From the NCBI RefSeq assembly GCF_009914755.1, contig NC_060929.1: a DNA stretch of 64,000 nt; one strand, 5' to 3'. Source of the DNA: the human T2T-CHM13v2.0 reference genome, Homo sapiens. The position numbers and the translations under genes are program-made. The notes below the pieces were generated by a model. That model saw nothing but the letters and a program-made list of their open reading frames with translations, ran no database searches and was not told the origin of the DNA. Below, in pieces: positions 41,471-54,397 of this stretch; the stretch's first letter is position 1, and the number at the start of each line of letters is the position of its first letter.

Positions 41471-42477
41471 CAGAATGCATTGCTTTGAATTTCCTCCAAG
41501 AAAGTCTAGCCAGAGTAAATGCAATAGACTCTTCTGACATAGGAAAAAGTACGACATGTTCTTTAATTGTTTTACCCTAAGTATCTCAAAAAATACAATG
41601 ACAAAATTTACATCTAAGAACATAAATTGATATGTATAATAATGTTATTTTTAAACTTTTAATAATTTAAGCAACAAGCCTCTCATTCAAATGGATAATT
41701 TATTGGAAAGGAAATCAGGCACAGTTATTAGAAATAAATAACTTGTGATTACTCAAGTTTAAACAAAAATATTAATGTCACAGCTTCAGTAGATTGACTA
41801 ATCATCATCTTAAACTATATAGAGATACAGGGGAGATGAAATGAAAATTGGAACAGATAGGTTTGAGGTAGGAGGAAGGCAGGCAGAAGAGTAAACGTAG
41901 ACAGGCTATTATTAAGTTCTGGATTGCTGTAGGGTTGACAAGTTCAGAGAGTAATCTTAAAACTTTAGAATTCTGATAATTTATTTTTGTTCCTCAACTG
42001 AGAGGGAGATTCAAAAAGGAGGTATCAGAAAGTGAGGCAAAGTTTAAAATTTAACCTATTTTATTGGCCTTGGTAGAAAATATTATATATTTTTGACTAA
42101 AAAATAATAATACATTTGGATTTTATTTTACACTTAAACATCCACTTTCACAAATAATTACAAAAAATTATAATGTTCACAGTAACAGCTAACGATACTT
42201 ATCTGCAAGGAAAGTAAAACAGAATATGATATCATGAAAAATAGTTCATTATATAAGTGGAATTAAATGTAATAGATGTATAACATCATATATTTCCATA
42301 TGTATATTTAATTATGTACATTTCTATATATATGAAGATGTATATACTATTACATATATATTATATAGCATACAATTTATATATGAACAGATATGTTCCA
42401 TTGTTCTAAAATACATATGTAATCATATAGTCTTAAATTTCCATTCTTCCCAAACCCACATGTAACCAACTCTCAGC

Positions 42478-42620
42478 CATTTGTTAATTCAATCACTGTT
42501 TATTGACCTATGATACTCCAGTTATTGTTTCTGGTTGTTAGACCGAGTGTTGAATAAGAATGAATCATCTCTATACTCATAGATCATGCATTATAGAAGG
42601 AAAGAGAGATGTAACACATG
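42478..42620 (-). mobile_element. L2 3' end fragment
   Basis: 'attcaatcactgtttattgacct...tgaataaga...ctcatagatc'; decayed. Confidence 0.4.
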
Positions 42621-43844
42621 CACATAAATACCAATTAATAGCCTTTTATTTTGAACAAATGGGTGAAATGGGCAAAACAATATTCTCACTTTATTTTGAA
42701 ATAGAGACTTTTTACTCATAATTTTTAAAGACTTCAAAGCAAATATTTTTAGAAATGACAATTATTTGTCTCTAAAGTTGGTGATACTCTTTGTGAAAGA
42801 AATAATTTTATTCCTCTATTAATTTAATATTGGTCTGCATCAGAATGTGCTTTTTTTCTAGTTCTTTTTTAATAAATATTTATCAAAAATATTAGATAAC
42901 AAATGAACTTTTATTTTTCCATGTTCCTCTTATGACATAATGTTACAAGATTGAATATCATTGTCTTTGTTCCATGCAGTTTCCATTTCTGCCACTGAAG
43001 TTCTTAAGCAAAATAGCAAAGTACAAAATTGGTGATTGATTGGTTATCTGTTAGACATGATAAAATAAAGTTAGTCAAATGAGATGACACTCTTCCATGA
43101 TGTTTTCTTGGTGTTTTTATTTTTTAAGAAAATGTGCACATTAAAAAATATACTTCACTGAATTACCTGAAATTAAGCACATGATTTGAACCACTAAAGA
43201 TGAATGCATAAGAAAGTAATTGTTCCTGATGTTTAAACAATTTTATGCTGTGTTTTATAGCATTCAAACATGAGTTCTGGGAAAATAAAACAGGACTGGT
43301 GAGAGGAATCATGGTGCCGATAGACAGGAGTAAACTGAATCAAGTTATTGGGCAAAGATGCCCTCGATGCTAGAGATTTGGATTTGATAGACATAGTAAT
43401 AAAAATAGAAATACAGTGGTATAAAATCTACCTAAAAGGGGCAAAATCAAGATTGCTGACTAGTTGCTGGTAGTGTGTGTCTTCTCCACAGAGAAGAGCC
43501 AGAAGAGTAAGCAGATACATTTTGAAAAAATCTTCTAGAAGAGAAAGCTTGGATTCACGGGAAAAGGGACAGAAAACATCAGAATAAGGAAGGAGAGTTC
43601 AAGGCACCTTACCCAGCCAGGAAAATGCTGAGAGCTGGGAGAGGCTTCTGGACATGGGGAAACAGAAAGAAAGAAATCCCTAGAGGTCAAAAACTGGCTT
43701 TTATCATCTTGTATACGGGAGAAACCCTTAGACAAACCAAGCTTGCTAAAGATTGCACAGAGACATTGCTCCAGGTTGGGAACCCACACAGAATCCCACA
43801 GGCATCTGAGCCTGGAGCAGCCTCAACTGGGACCCATCTTGAGA

Positions 43845-44590
43845 ACTTAGTACTGGGGACCTATAGACACAGCTGCAGCTGCTGCACTGCCCCAAGGAGG
43901 GAGATGAATGAAGGCACACATCCACGCAGCCCTGGGTGGATACTTGCCATCCTGCTGAGCTGCTGTTGAGACTGAGATGTAAGCAACCATGCTACCCACA
44001 GCTTCTTCCATATACTGCTTGCCTAGGTGGTGCCTCACCCTCTCTAGCCGCAGGCTCAAGGCATCATTTGAGAGATTAATGCTAATCTGAACTCTGCCTT
44101 GGACTCAGTTCAGGTTGACATGACTGCAGCAATTGCCCAGCCAAGGACTGAGAGGGAAACCAGGCTACTACACACATATCTAGGACAATACTCACTGCCC
44201 TGCAATGGTCTGCTGTGAGACTGAGATGTGATCAGATCACAATCCCCACAATGTCTTGCCTACACTGCCTGCCTAAGCAGCATCCCTCCCCAGCTGGTTG
44301 CAGGCCCAAGGTGTGATTTTGAGAGTTTAATTCTGAGCTGCACCCCACCCTTGGCCTGAGTTTGGGCTGATGTGGATGCAGATGCCAGCCAGCCAAGGAG
44401 GGGCAGGGAACCTCGGTGTTTCCATGCATACCTAGGGCAATATCTAATGCCCTGGTAGGGTCTGCTGTGAGACCAAGACTAGAACAGACTGCACTCCCCG
44501 CAGTTTCCTGACCAAGTTGCTCACCTGAGAGGGGTGCCACCCTTTCTGGTCATAAACCCAAAGTAGGCATTATTTTGAGAGTTTGGAGCC
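43845..44590 (+). repeat. About 250-bp degenerate tandem monomers in the L1 5'UTR
   Basis: 'ctgctgt(t)gagac' anchors at 43960, 44210 and 44462, each followed by collinear motifs such as 'tttgagag'. Confidence 0.8.
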
Positions 44591-46190
44591 ATTGTTTGGC
44601 TACGTGCCAGTGGTGAACACAGCAAGTCATTTAGTTTTGGGCCAGAGATGGGAATACTTGCTCTGGAATGGGAGAAAGGCACCCACATCTGGAATTAAGT
44701 GGAGAGTATAGAAAGTCTCCCAGCAGTAGACACAGGAATTAGGCTCTCTCCTATCACAGGACTGGAGTGGGAGGAGAATTGCTGAAACCAAGGCTTCTCC
44801 TGGGCAGTGACACTTGCAACCAGTGACAGCCTTGTGACTTGGAACTGATCTGAGTGTGTCATTGATAGGTGCCTCAGCCTGCTCTCTTGGTCAGTCGGGG
44901 AATATTCCCCCACCAGCTCTGAGGAGCGGGAGGGAGGTGGACCACACTTGTGGAGGTCTAAGGGAAGCATAGCCCAGCAAAGCCTACTTTGGGTCAGTAA
45001 AAACAAGAGTACAGTGCCAGCCATTGAAGGTGGCACCACTAAAGTATGGGAACAGTTATGGAGAGGGGGTCATCTCTTGCTCCCTCAATCCTCTCCTCAG
45101 TGTTTTGTCATGGACTCAGCAGCAGCTCTTCACACTGGGGTCTAGGGAGCATGTGCTGACGGAGTCCACTTCTCAGGTTTCTCCAGTGGCTCCAGACCCA
45201 CTGAAGGTGAATGTATACTGGGGGAGAATGCTTCTGACACTTATCCATTGCTTCCATCCATACCCCTACCTATCAGCTCTTATTCTTAAGTACTGTCTGC
45301 TAGACTGCAACCTGAACCACACCACCAAACACAATTACTTTGCTACAATGAGCAATGTCTGAGAAAGCCACTGCATGAACCTATCTGCAACCAAGAAACC
45401 TGGACAGAGCCGTGACACCCTGACACATCTAGAAATAAAGCCATTCCATGACACATGATATACACAACCGTCATACCCTGAAGTGAAAAGAGAATAAAAA
45501 CTCAAGAAGTTCCATCCAAGTGATTGCAAATTATAAATAAATAAATAAGTGTCGGCTTTCTCAGAGGAGGAAAAACTAGTACAAGAACTGTGGCAGTACA
45601 AAACGCCATGGTGTTTCATCACCTCCAAAGGATCCCACTAGCTCTCAAGCAATGGATTCTAACCAGAATAAAATGTCTGAAATGACAGATATGGAATTCA
45701 GAATTTGGATGGCAAAAAAGCCTCAATAAGATCCAAGAGCAAGTAAAAATCCAAGGCAAAAAGCAAGAAAAATGATCCAAGATTTAAACGACAACATAGG
45801 TATGAGGAAAGAACCAAAAAGAATTTCTGGAATTGAAAAATTTACTACAGGAATTTCAAAATACAGTTGGAAGCCTTAAAAACAGACTAGACCAAGAAGA
45901 AGAATTTCAAAGCTCAAAGACCAATCCTTCAAATCAATCTAGTTGGACAAAAATTTAAAATAAAGAACTAAAGAAATAAACACAGCTTTTAAGAAATGCA
46001 GGATTATGCAAACCAAGCAAACCTACAACTTATTGGCAGTCCTGAGAGAAAAAAGAAAATAATTAAGTGACTTGGAAAACATATTGAGGATATGATTAAG
46101 GAGAATTTACCCATTCTTGCTGGAGAGGTCAACATGCAGATACAAAAATCCAGGGAACTCCAGTGAGAAACTATAGAAGATGACCATCTG

Positions 46191-46586
46191 TGTATTAGCT
46201 TATTCTTCTGTTACTATAAAGGAATACCTGAGACTTGGTTATTTATAAAGAAAATATGTTTGCTTGGCTCACGGTTCTGCAGGCTGAACAGCAAGCATGG
46301 CTCCAGTATTTTCTCAGCTTCTGGTGAGGCCTCAGGATGGTTGTAATCATGGCAGAAGGTAATGGGTAGCCAGCATGTCAAATGGCGAGAGCAGGAGCAA
46401 GAGAGAGAGGAAGAGGCTGCCATACACTTTTAAACAACCAAATCTTACACAGACTAACTAATCACCAAGTCATTCATGAGAGATCTGAACCCATGATGAA
46501 AACACCTCCTACCAGGCCCCATCTCAAACACAGGGGGTTACATTTCAACATGAGATTTGGAGGAAACAAATATCCAAGCCATATCA
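46191..46586 (-). mobile_element. MSTB/MSTA solo LTR nested in L1 ORF1
   Basis: TGTATTAG...CCATATCA termini; host L1 sequence 'gatgaccatc|...catagttatcaga' resumes afterwards. Confidence 0.9.
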
Positions 46587-46797
46587 TTCCTTAAAGTGCA
46601 TAGTTATCAGAATATTCAAGGTCAATATGAAAGAAAAAAAATCTTAAAGGCATCTAGCGAAAAGGGTTATGTAATGCATAAAAGAAAAACCATCAGATTA
46701 ACAATGGACTTCTAAGCAGAAACTTTATAAGCCAGAAGATATTGCGGGTCCATATTTAGCATTCTAAAAAAAAAAAAAAGAAAGAAAAAGAAAAAGA

Positions 46798-47094
46798 GGC
46801 TAGGTGTGGTGGTTCACTCTTGTAATCCTAGCACTTTGAAAGACCAAGGCAGGTGGATTGCTTGAGCTCAGAAGTTTGAGATCAGCCTCTGCAACATGGC
46901 GAAACTTCATCTGCATGGAAAATACAAAAAATTTCTGGGCATGGTGGCATGTGCCAGTAGTCTCAGCTACTTGGGGGGCTGAGGAGGGAGGATGGCTTGA
47001 GCCCAGGAGGTTAAGACTGCAGTGAGCTGAGATTTGCACCACTTCACTCAAGCCTGAGTGACAAAGTGAAAGCCTGTCAAAAAAAAAAAAAAAG
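46798..47094 (+). mobile_element. AluJb nested in L1 ORF1
   Basis: J-type 'ggaggatggcttgagcccaggagg'; A-rich TSD AAAGAAAGAAAAAGAAA on both sides. Confidence 0.92.
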
Positions 47095-50000
47095 AAAGAA
47101 AGAAAAAGAAATGTTAGTCAATAGTTTCATATGCTACCAAACTAAGCTTCCTAAACGAAAGAGAAATAAAGTGCTTTCCAGACAAGCAATCTCTAAGGGA
47201 ATTTGTCACCATTATACTGGCCTTACGAGAGATGCTAAAGGGAGTTCTAAACATGGAAACAAAAGAATGGCATTGCTATCATAATAGCACATGCAAGCAC
47301 ATAGCTCACAGAATCCATAAAACAACAATACAATCAAGACTGCAAAGCAACTAGCTAATAACACTATAACAGGAACAAATTCTCACATAGCAATATTTAT
47401 TTGAAACATATAGTCTAAATTCTTCACCTAAAAGACATAGAGTGCCAAATTAGATTAAAAAATGGCCATCCTTCTTCTGTCCTTTAAAAGACCCATCTCA
47501 CATGTGATGACACCCACAGGATCAAAGTAAAGAAAGGGAAAAAGTTATATCGTGGGAATGAAAAACAAAGAAAAGTGCAGGGGTCACTAGTTTTGTATCA
47601 GATAAAGTATACAGTAAACCAATAATAGTAAAAAAGAACCCAAAAAAGGGTATGACATTGATAAAGTATTCAATTCAACAAGAAGACTTGACTATTCTAA
47701 GTATGTATGCACCCAACATTGGAGCACCCAGATTTATAAAACAATTACTTCTAGGTTTAAGCAAAGACTGACAGCCACACAGTAATAGTGCAGGACTTCA
47801 ACACTGCACTGACACCATTACAGAGATCATTGAGGCAGAAAACCAAGACAGAAATTCTGTCTTAAAACCAAGACTTAAAATTCTACATTTGATCACTTGG
47901 ACGTAATAAAGAAGACTCCAACCAACAACCCTAAAATACACATTATTCTCATCTTCGCATGGGACATACTCTAAGATTAACCACATGCTAGGTCATAGAG
48001 TCTCAATTATTTCCAAAAAAAAAAAAATTGAAATCGTCATCTCAGACCACAGTGGAATAAAAATAGAAATCAATAGCAAGGGAAATGCTCAAAGTCGCAA
48101 AGTACATTGAAACTAAGCAACTTGCTCCTGAATGACTTTTGGGTAAACAATGAAATTAAGAGAGAAATTTAAAAATTCCTTGAAATAAATGAAAAGGAGA
48201 CAAAACACACCAAAACCACTAGGATGCAGCAATAGTAGTCTTAAAATGAAAGTTTCTAACACTAAATGCCTATGTCAGGAAGATAGAAAGATATCAAATT
48301 TCAGCTTACCAACACACCTAAAGTTGTTCTAGTAAAATAAGAACAACTTATTTTACTTAGTTAACAAAGTTAGCAGAAGAAAGAAATAACCAAAATCAGA
48401 ACAGAGCTAAATGAAATTGAGATAAAAAAAAAATACAAAGATTAATGAAACCTAGCCTACTGAAAAAAGTGAAACCAAAACTACTGAAACTATTCCCAAA
48501 AATCAAGGAGGAGGGACTGCTTCTGGATCCATTCTCTGAACTAGTATCTCCTGATACAAAAATCTGACAAATAAAAAAGAGGACATTTTTTTCCTTGAAG
48601 AAAATAGACATAAAAAATTAAAAAAAAAGAAAAGAAACCACTACCAATCCAAATCCAGCAATAAATGAAAAAGTTAATTCATCCTAATCAATTGGGCTTT
48701 AGTCTTGGGATGCAAGGATGATTCAACATATGCAAATCAATAAATGTGATTCACCACATAAACCAAATTAAAAACAAAAACCCTGTAATCATCTCAATAG
48801 ATGCAGGAAATGCATTTGATAAAATCCAATATCCCTGATGATAAAAACCTTTAACAAACTAGGCATCAAAGGAACATAGCTCAAAATAATAAAAAGACAT
48901 CCATGACAAACCCATAACCAACATCATACTAAATAGGCAAAAGTTGGAAGCATTCTCCTTAAGAACTGGAACAAGATAAGGATACCCATTCTCACCATTT
49001 CTATTCAATATAGTACTGGGAGTCCTATCTAGAAGAATTAAGCAAGAGAAAGAAATAAAAGACATTTAAATAGAAAAAGAGGAATTAAAATTATCTTTCT
49101 TCACAGACAATGATTCTATACCTAAAACACCCAAAAATTGTACACAAAAGACCTGATATATGACTTCAGCAAAGTCTCGAGATACAAAATCGTTGTACAA
49201 TATCAGTAGTATTTCTATACCCAATAACATTTGAGCTAAGAACCAAATTGAGAACACAATCTCATTTAAAATAGCCATAAAATTAAAACGTCTGTGAATA
49301 CATCTAGCATAGATGATGAAAGGCGTCTGTAAGACAAGCTTTCGACACTGTTGCAAAAAATCACAGATGACACAAACAAATAGAAAAGCTTTCCATGCTC
49401 ATGCATTGGAAGAATCAATATTGTTAAAATGTCCATACTGCTCAAAGCAATCTACAGATTCAATGCTATTCCTACTACCAACCTAATTCTTTACAAAATT
49501 AGACAAAAATATTCTAAAGATTGTATGGAACCAAGACAGAGCTGAAATACACAAGGGAAGCCTAAGCAAAAATAACAAAGCCTGAGGCAACACATTACCT
49601 GACTTCAAACTATACTATAAGGCTACAGTAACCAAAACAGCACGATACTGAAAAAAATTGATACATAGACCAAAGAAGTAAAATAAATAACCCAGAAATA
49701 AAGCCACAAACCTACAACAAAAATAAACCACTGGGGAAGGGTTCCCTATTAATACATGGTGCTGAGAAAGCAAGCCAATCATATGAAGAAAAATGAAGCT
49801 GGACCTCTACTCCTTACCATATACAAAAACTAAACTATTCCCAAAAATTTAGGAGGAGGGACTTCTCCCTGACTCCCTTTGACAGATTTGGATATCAAAT
49901 CTGGTTGATTTTGTGAACAAGTATCATCCTGATACCAAAATCTGGCAAAGAAAAAAAAAACTACAGGCCAATATCCCTGAAGAAAATATGTATATAAAAA

Positions 50001-51439
50001 TTCTTTAAAAAAAGGTGAATTAAAGACTTAAATGTGATTCATCAAACTATCAAAACTATAGAAGAAAACTTAGGAAATACTCTTCTAGACATTGGCCTAG
50101 GCATATAATTTATAATAAAGACCCCAAAAGAAAATGCAACAAAATCAAAAAAGACAAATTGGACATTATTAAACTAGAGAGCTTCTGCACAGCAAAAGAA
50201 ACTATCAATAAATTAAACACAGTCTTCAGAATGTGAGAAAATATTTGCAACCTATGCATATGAAAAAGGAATAATACCCAGAATCTAAAAGGAACTTACA
50301 CAAATAAACAAGAAAAAAGCAAACAGCCCCATTAAAAAGTGGGCAAAGGATATAAGCAGACACTTCTTAAAAGAAGACAAACAAATGTTCAACAAACATA
50401 TGAAAAAATGCTCAACATTCTTAATCTTTAGAGAAATGCAAACCTAAACCACAATGAAATACCATCTCACACCAGTCAGATGGCTATTAAAAAAGTTTAA
50501 AAAAAACCAAAAAACAAAAAAACAACCGAAATTGGTGAGGTTGTGGATAAAAGGAAATGCTTATACACTGTCGATGGGAATGCAAATTCGTTCAGTCCCC
50601 ATGGAAAGCAGTTTGGGGATTTCTCAAAGAACTAAAAATAGAATTACCATTTCACTCAACAATCCCATTACTGGGTATATACTCAAAGGAAAACAATTTT
50701 TTCTACCATAAAGACACCTGTAATTGAATGTTTACTGCAGCTCTATTCACAATAACAAAGACATGGAATTGACCTAGGTGCCCATCATTGGTAGGCTGGA
50801 TAAAGAAAATGTGGTACATATGCATTGTGAAATACTACACAGCCATGAAAAATAATGAAATCATTTTCTTTGCAGGAACATGGATGCAGCTAGAGGCCAT
50901 AATCCTAAGCAAATCAATGCAGAAACAGAAAACCAAATACTGTATGTTCTCACTTGTATGTTGGAGATAAACACTGGGTACAAATGGACACAAAAATGGG
51001 AACATTAGACAGTGAGGATTCCAAGAAAAGGGAGGAAGGGAATAAGGGGTTAAAAACTACCTACGGGATACTATGTTTGCTACTCAAGCTGGGCGACTGG
51101 ATCCTTAGAAGCCCAAACCGCATCATCATGCAATATACTTATGTAACAATGCTGCACATGTACACCCTGAATCTAAAATTTAAAAATTAAAGCAAAAAGT
51201 AAACTACTTAATACAGAATCTCCAATTTGTGTTAAAAAGAAGAAAAGATTGTTTCATTTTTGTTTTATTTTGATTTCCTGTTCTTTAGAAAACAGGAGAT
51301 ATCAGAAATGAAGTAAAGCTTTTGTTAATGTTGATGACTTCAACTCTGAAATTTCCTTACTTTATTCCAAACATCATAGAATTAGACATAGGCTCCCATG
51401 TTAAAGTAATAAAAACAATAGTGATATGATGTATTAATA

Positions 51440-51625
51440 TGGTTATTATTTATTGAGGGCTTGCTCTATGCCAAACAATCTACTACAGATATTACCTATA
51501 TTATTATTTTCTTTATATCTCAAAATAGCTGCTTGAGGTATACACTACTGCTATATCCTATATTGTGTGGGGATAAACGCTAAAGGAATTTAGGCTTAAA
51601 GACATTTATACTTGCTGTAGACTCA
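51440..51625 (-). mobile_element. MIR fragment
   Basis: 'atttattgagggcttgctctatgcca...tgaggta...ctatatcctatatt'. Confidence 0.6.
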
Positions 51626-51764
51626 GGAAAATGAACAATACCAGCGTACGCTTTTTGCCAGCCGAGATTAGATGGGATAGAATGGCTGAATGCCTTTTCT
51701 ATCGTTCTTAAGTGAGCTCTTCTATGGTCTGTGTTTCTTGGCTAAAGATCCTCTGGTTAGGTAT

Positions 51765-52112
51765 TGTCTTTGTCTGTTTTGTGCTGTTTTCACATAGTAC
51801 CTGAGACTGGGTAATTTATAATGAACAGAAATTTATGATTTCACAGTTCTGAGGGCCAGGAAGTCCACAATCAAGGGGCCGCCATCTTGCCGGTGCCTTC
51901 TTGGTACATCATCACACAGTGGAAGGGCAAAGACATGGCCAGAGAGAGGAAGGGGGTCAAACTCACCGTTTTACAATGGCACCAATTCCACCCATGAGTG
52001 TGGAGTCCTTATAGCCTAATCACCTCTGAAACATTCCACCTCTTAATACTGTTACAATTGCAATTAAATTTTAATATGAATTTTGGAGGGAACACATGTT
52101 CAAATCATAGCA
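51765..52112 (-). mobile_element. MSTC/MSTD solo LTR
   Basis: TGTCTT...CATAGCA termini; perfect TSD GGTAT at 51760-51764 and 52113-52117. Confidence 0.88.
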
Positions 52113-53329
52113 GGTATCATGATTATTTTTCATTTTTCTTAAAATGCTAGGAATATTCCCTATTGTTTTCATTAGATATTACATGGGGCCTCAATTTTTT
52201 TGCGAGACTAATATAGTAAATGGAGTGAGTCATAAATAGGTTAAAGTAGAGCCTTTTATGCCTAAGAATGTGTCTGTCTCATAATGCAAGTGGTCAATCC
52301 AGCCAGCACCACCTTCAATCAGACAGGGATGCCTGACACCCCTTCAATCAGAGTGCTAAGCCAGCTTTGATGTCCTGGGCTTTTCTGTCAGCAAGAGTAG
52401 CACTGTAGGATATTACTTGGCCTTATATTTTGTAAGTAATTCACAGAAAGGCAGGGCTCTATATGAACATTGGCAGGTCTCTGCCCTTGAGGGTCCTGCA
52501 GACCCTAGGCTTCTTCCTCAATCACACAGATAACAATTTATTTTGAGAACAGAGTCAAATCAATATATCTCTAAGATAGGATTCAAATCGATGTCTCTAC
52601 TTGAGTGACAAAGAAAAATAACATCATCTAATATGGAATTAATTAGGTAGTAAATATTAGATAACATGAAAGAAAGTGTCAAAGAAGAAGGAAATTTTAT
52701 TTCTTCAATTTTATATCCAACTGTAATCTTCCATGTAGTGATCTTATAAATCACTATATATAAAATAAAAGATGTAATTCTTATACTAGATTTTTTTTTA
52801 ACAAATATTTCCAGGATTTGAATTATGTTTTCATTCTGGCTTCTTGGCTATTTCTATCAGAAGAAGAAATTTATATGCCCAGCCACAATTCATAAACATG
52901 TACATGCCAGCTTTCTGGCAATAGTGATTTAAATGTCAAAACCAATATTCACACAGGTGATAGCAATAAGCAGACTCTGAATTAAAAATTCCTGATAACT
53001 TTTGCTTTTCAGAAGCACTTACATGGTGCAATCTTGGTTTAAGAGGGTGATAACACTAGGGATTACTGCTGGTGACCCCTATAATGTTAAAAATAGAACA
53101 AATAAATAAATCATATGTTTTGCGAACCATGGAATGGGAGGTAAGCAGAGAAAAAGGACAAAAATTTATTTGACGTTTTGGAGGGAGACTTCTGTTCAGT
53201 AATGGAAAACAAGAGGGACGGCCGGAAGAAGATCTGAAATATATAAGGTAATATATTTTAATATTTTAATTTAGGATGTTAACTGTTGGGCAAAGAAGTC
53301 CCTGCTTGAGAATTATGTCTCCATAACCA

Positions 53330-53494
53330 TTATTTCCCAAACTTAAGTTTAACTAATTAAAACCTGGAATTCTGGGTAAAACATACACTCTTGGTCCTAC
53401 TCTCAGATTCTGAATGAGTAGGACTTGGATAGTGGGGCAACAATTTGCATTTCTACCCCACTCACAGTTGTTGCTGATGTTGTCTGCTTACACA
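53330..53494. mobile_element. MER5A-like hAT element, interrupted by MLT1D
   Basis: 'cagattctgaatgagtagg...aatttgcatttcta...gctgatgttg'; a terminal remnant 'ctttagcaagg' follows the LTR. Confidence 0.6.
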
Positions 53495-54003
53495 TGCAGC
53501 AGAGACAATAATAACCCTTTCAAAGAAGTTCACTTCCTAATCCCTAGAACCTGTGGATACATTATGCTACATGGCAAAGGGGAACTAAGGTACCAAATGG
53601 AAGTAAAGTTGCCAATCAGCCAACTTTAAATTAAGGAGTTCATCCTGGGTCGTCCACATGGACACAATATAATGAAGAAAGTTATCAAATGAGCAAGAGG
53701 AGGTAGAAGAGTTAGAACAAGAAGTTGATGGCATTCTGATAAATACTGGACTGGCTGTTCCTGGCTTGAAAGTGGAAGAAGCCATGAGCCAAAGGAATGT
53801 GAATAGCCTCTGGAGTCTGGAAAAGGCCAGGAAATGTATTCTCCTCTAAAGCCCCCAGAAAGAAAAGCAGCCCCAATGACAACTTAGATTTTGTCCAACA
53901 AGACCAATTTTAAATTTCTGATCTTCAGAACAGTAAGATAACAAAAGTGTGCTGTTTTACGACAGTAATACTATGTTGTGTCAGCAAGAGGAAGTAGATT
54001 ATA
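53495..54003 (+). mobile_element. MLT1D solo LTR
   Basis: 'cctaatccctagaacctgtg...acatggcaaagggga...gccatgagccaaaggaatg...tattctcctctaaagcccccagaa'. Confidence 0.85.
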
Positions 54004-54079
54004 CTTTAGCAAGGATCCAACCCATCATAACTCTTTTGTCCATGCTTTTATGAATGTACCGTTAGAAATTTCAAGAATG

Positions 54080-54397
<318 letters not shown>

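Larger units (their letters stand above)
43438..51198 (+). mobile_element. Near-full-length decayed L1PA15/16-like LINE-1 (5'UTR, ORF1, ORF2, 3'UTR)
   Basis: 5' 'caagattgctgactag'; ORF1-like region about 45.6-47.25 kb; ORF2 from about 47.37 kb with C-terminal remnants (MKYHLTPVR; WIKKMWYI...EAIILSK...KYCMFSL); 3' 'gaagcccaaac...tgcacatgtacaccctgaatctaaaat'. Many stops and frameshifts; possible degenerate TSD (ctacctaa / ctacttaa). Confidence 0.92.
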
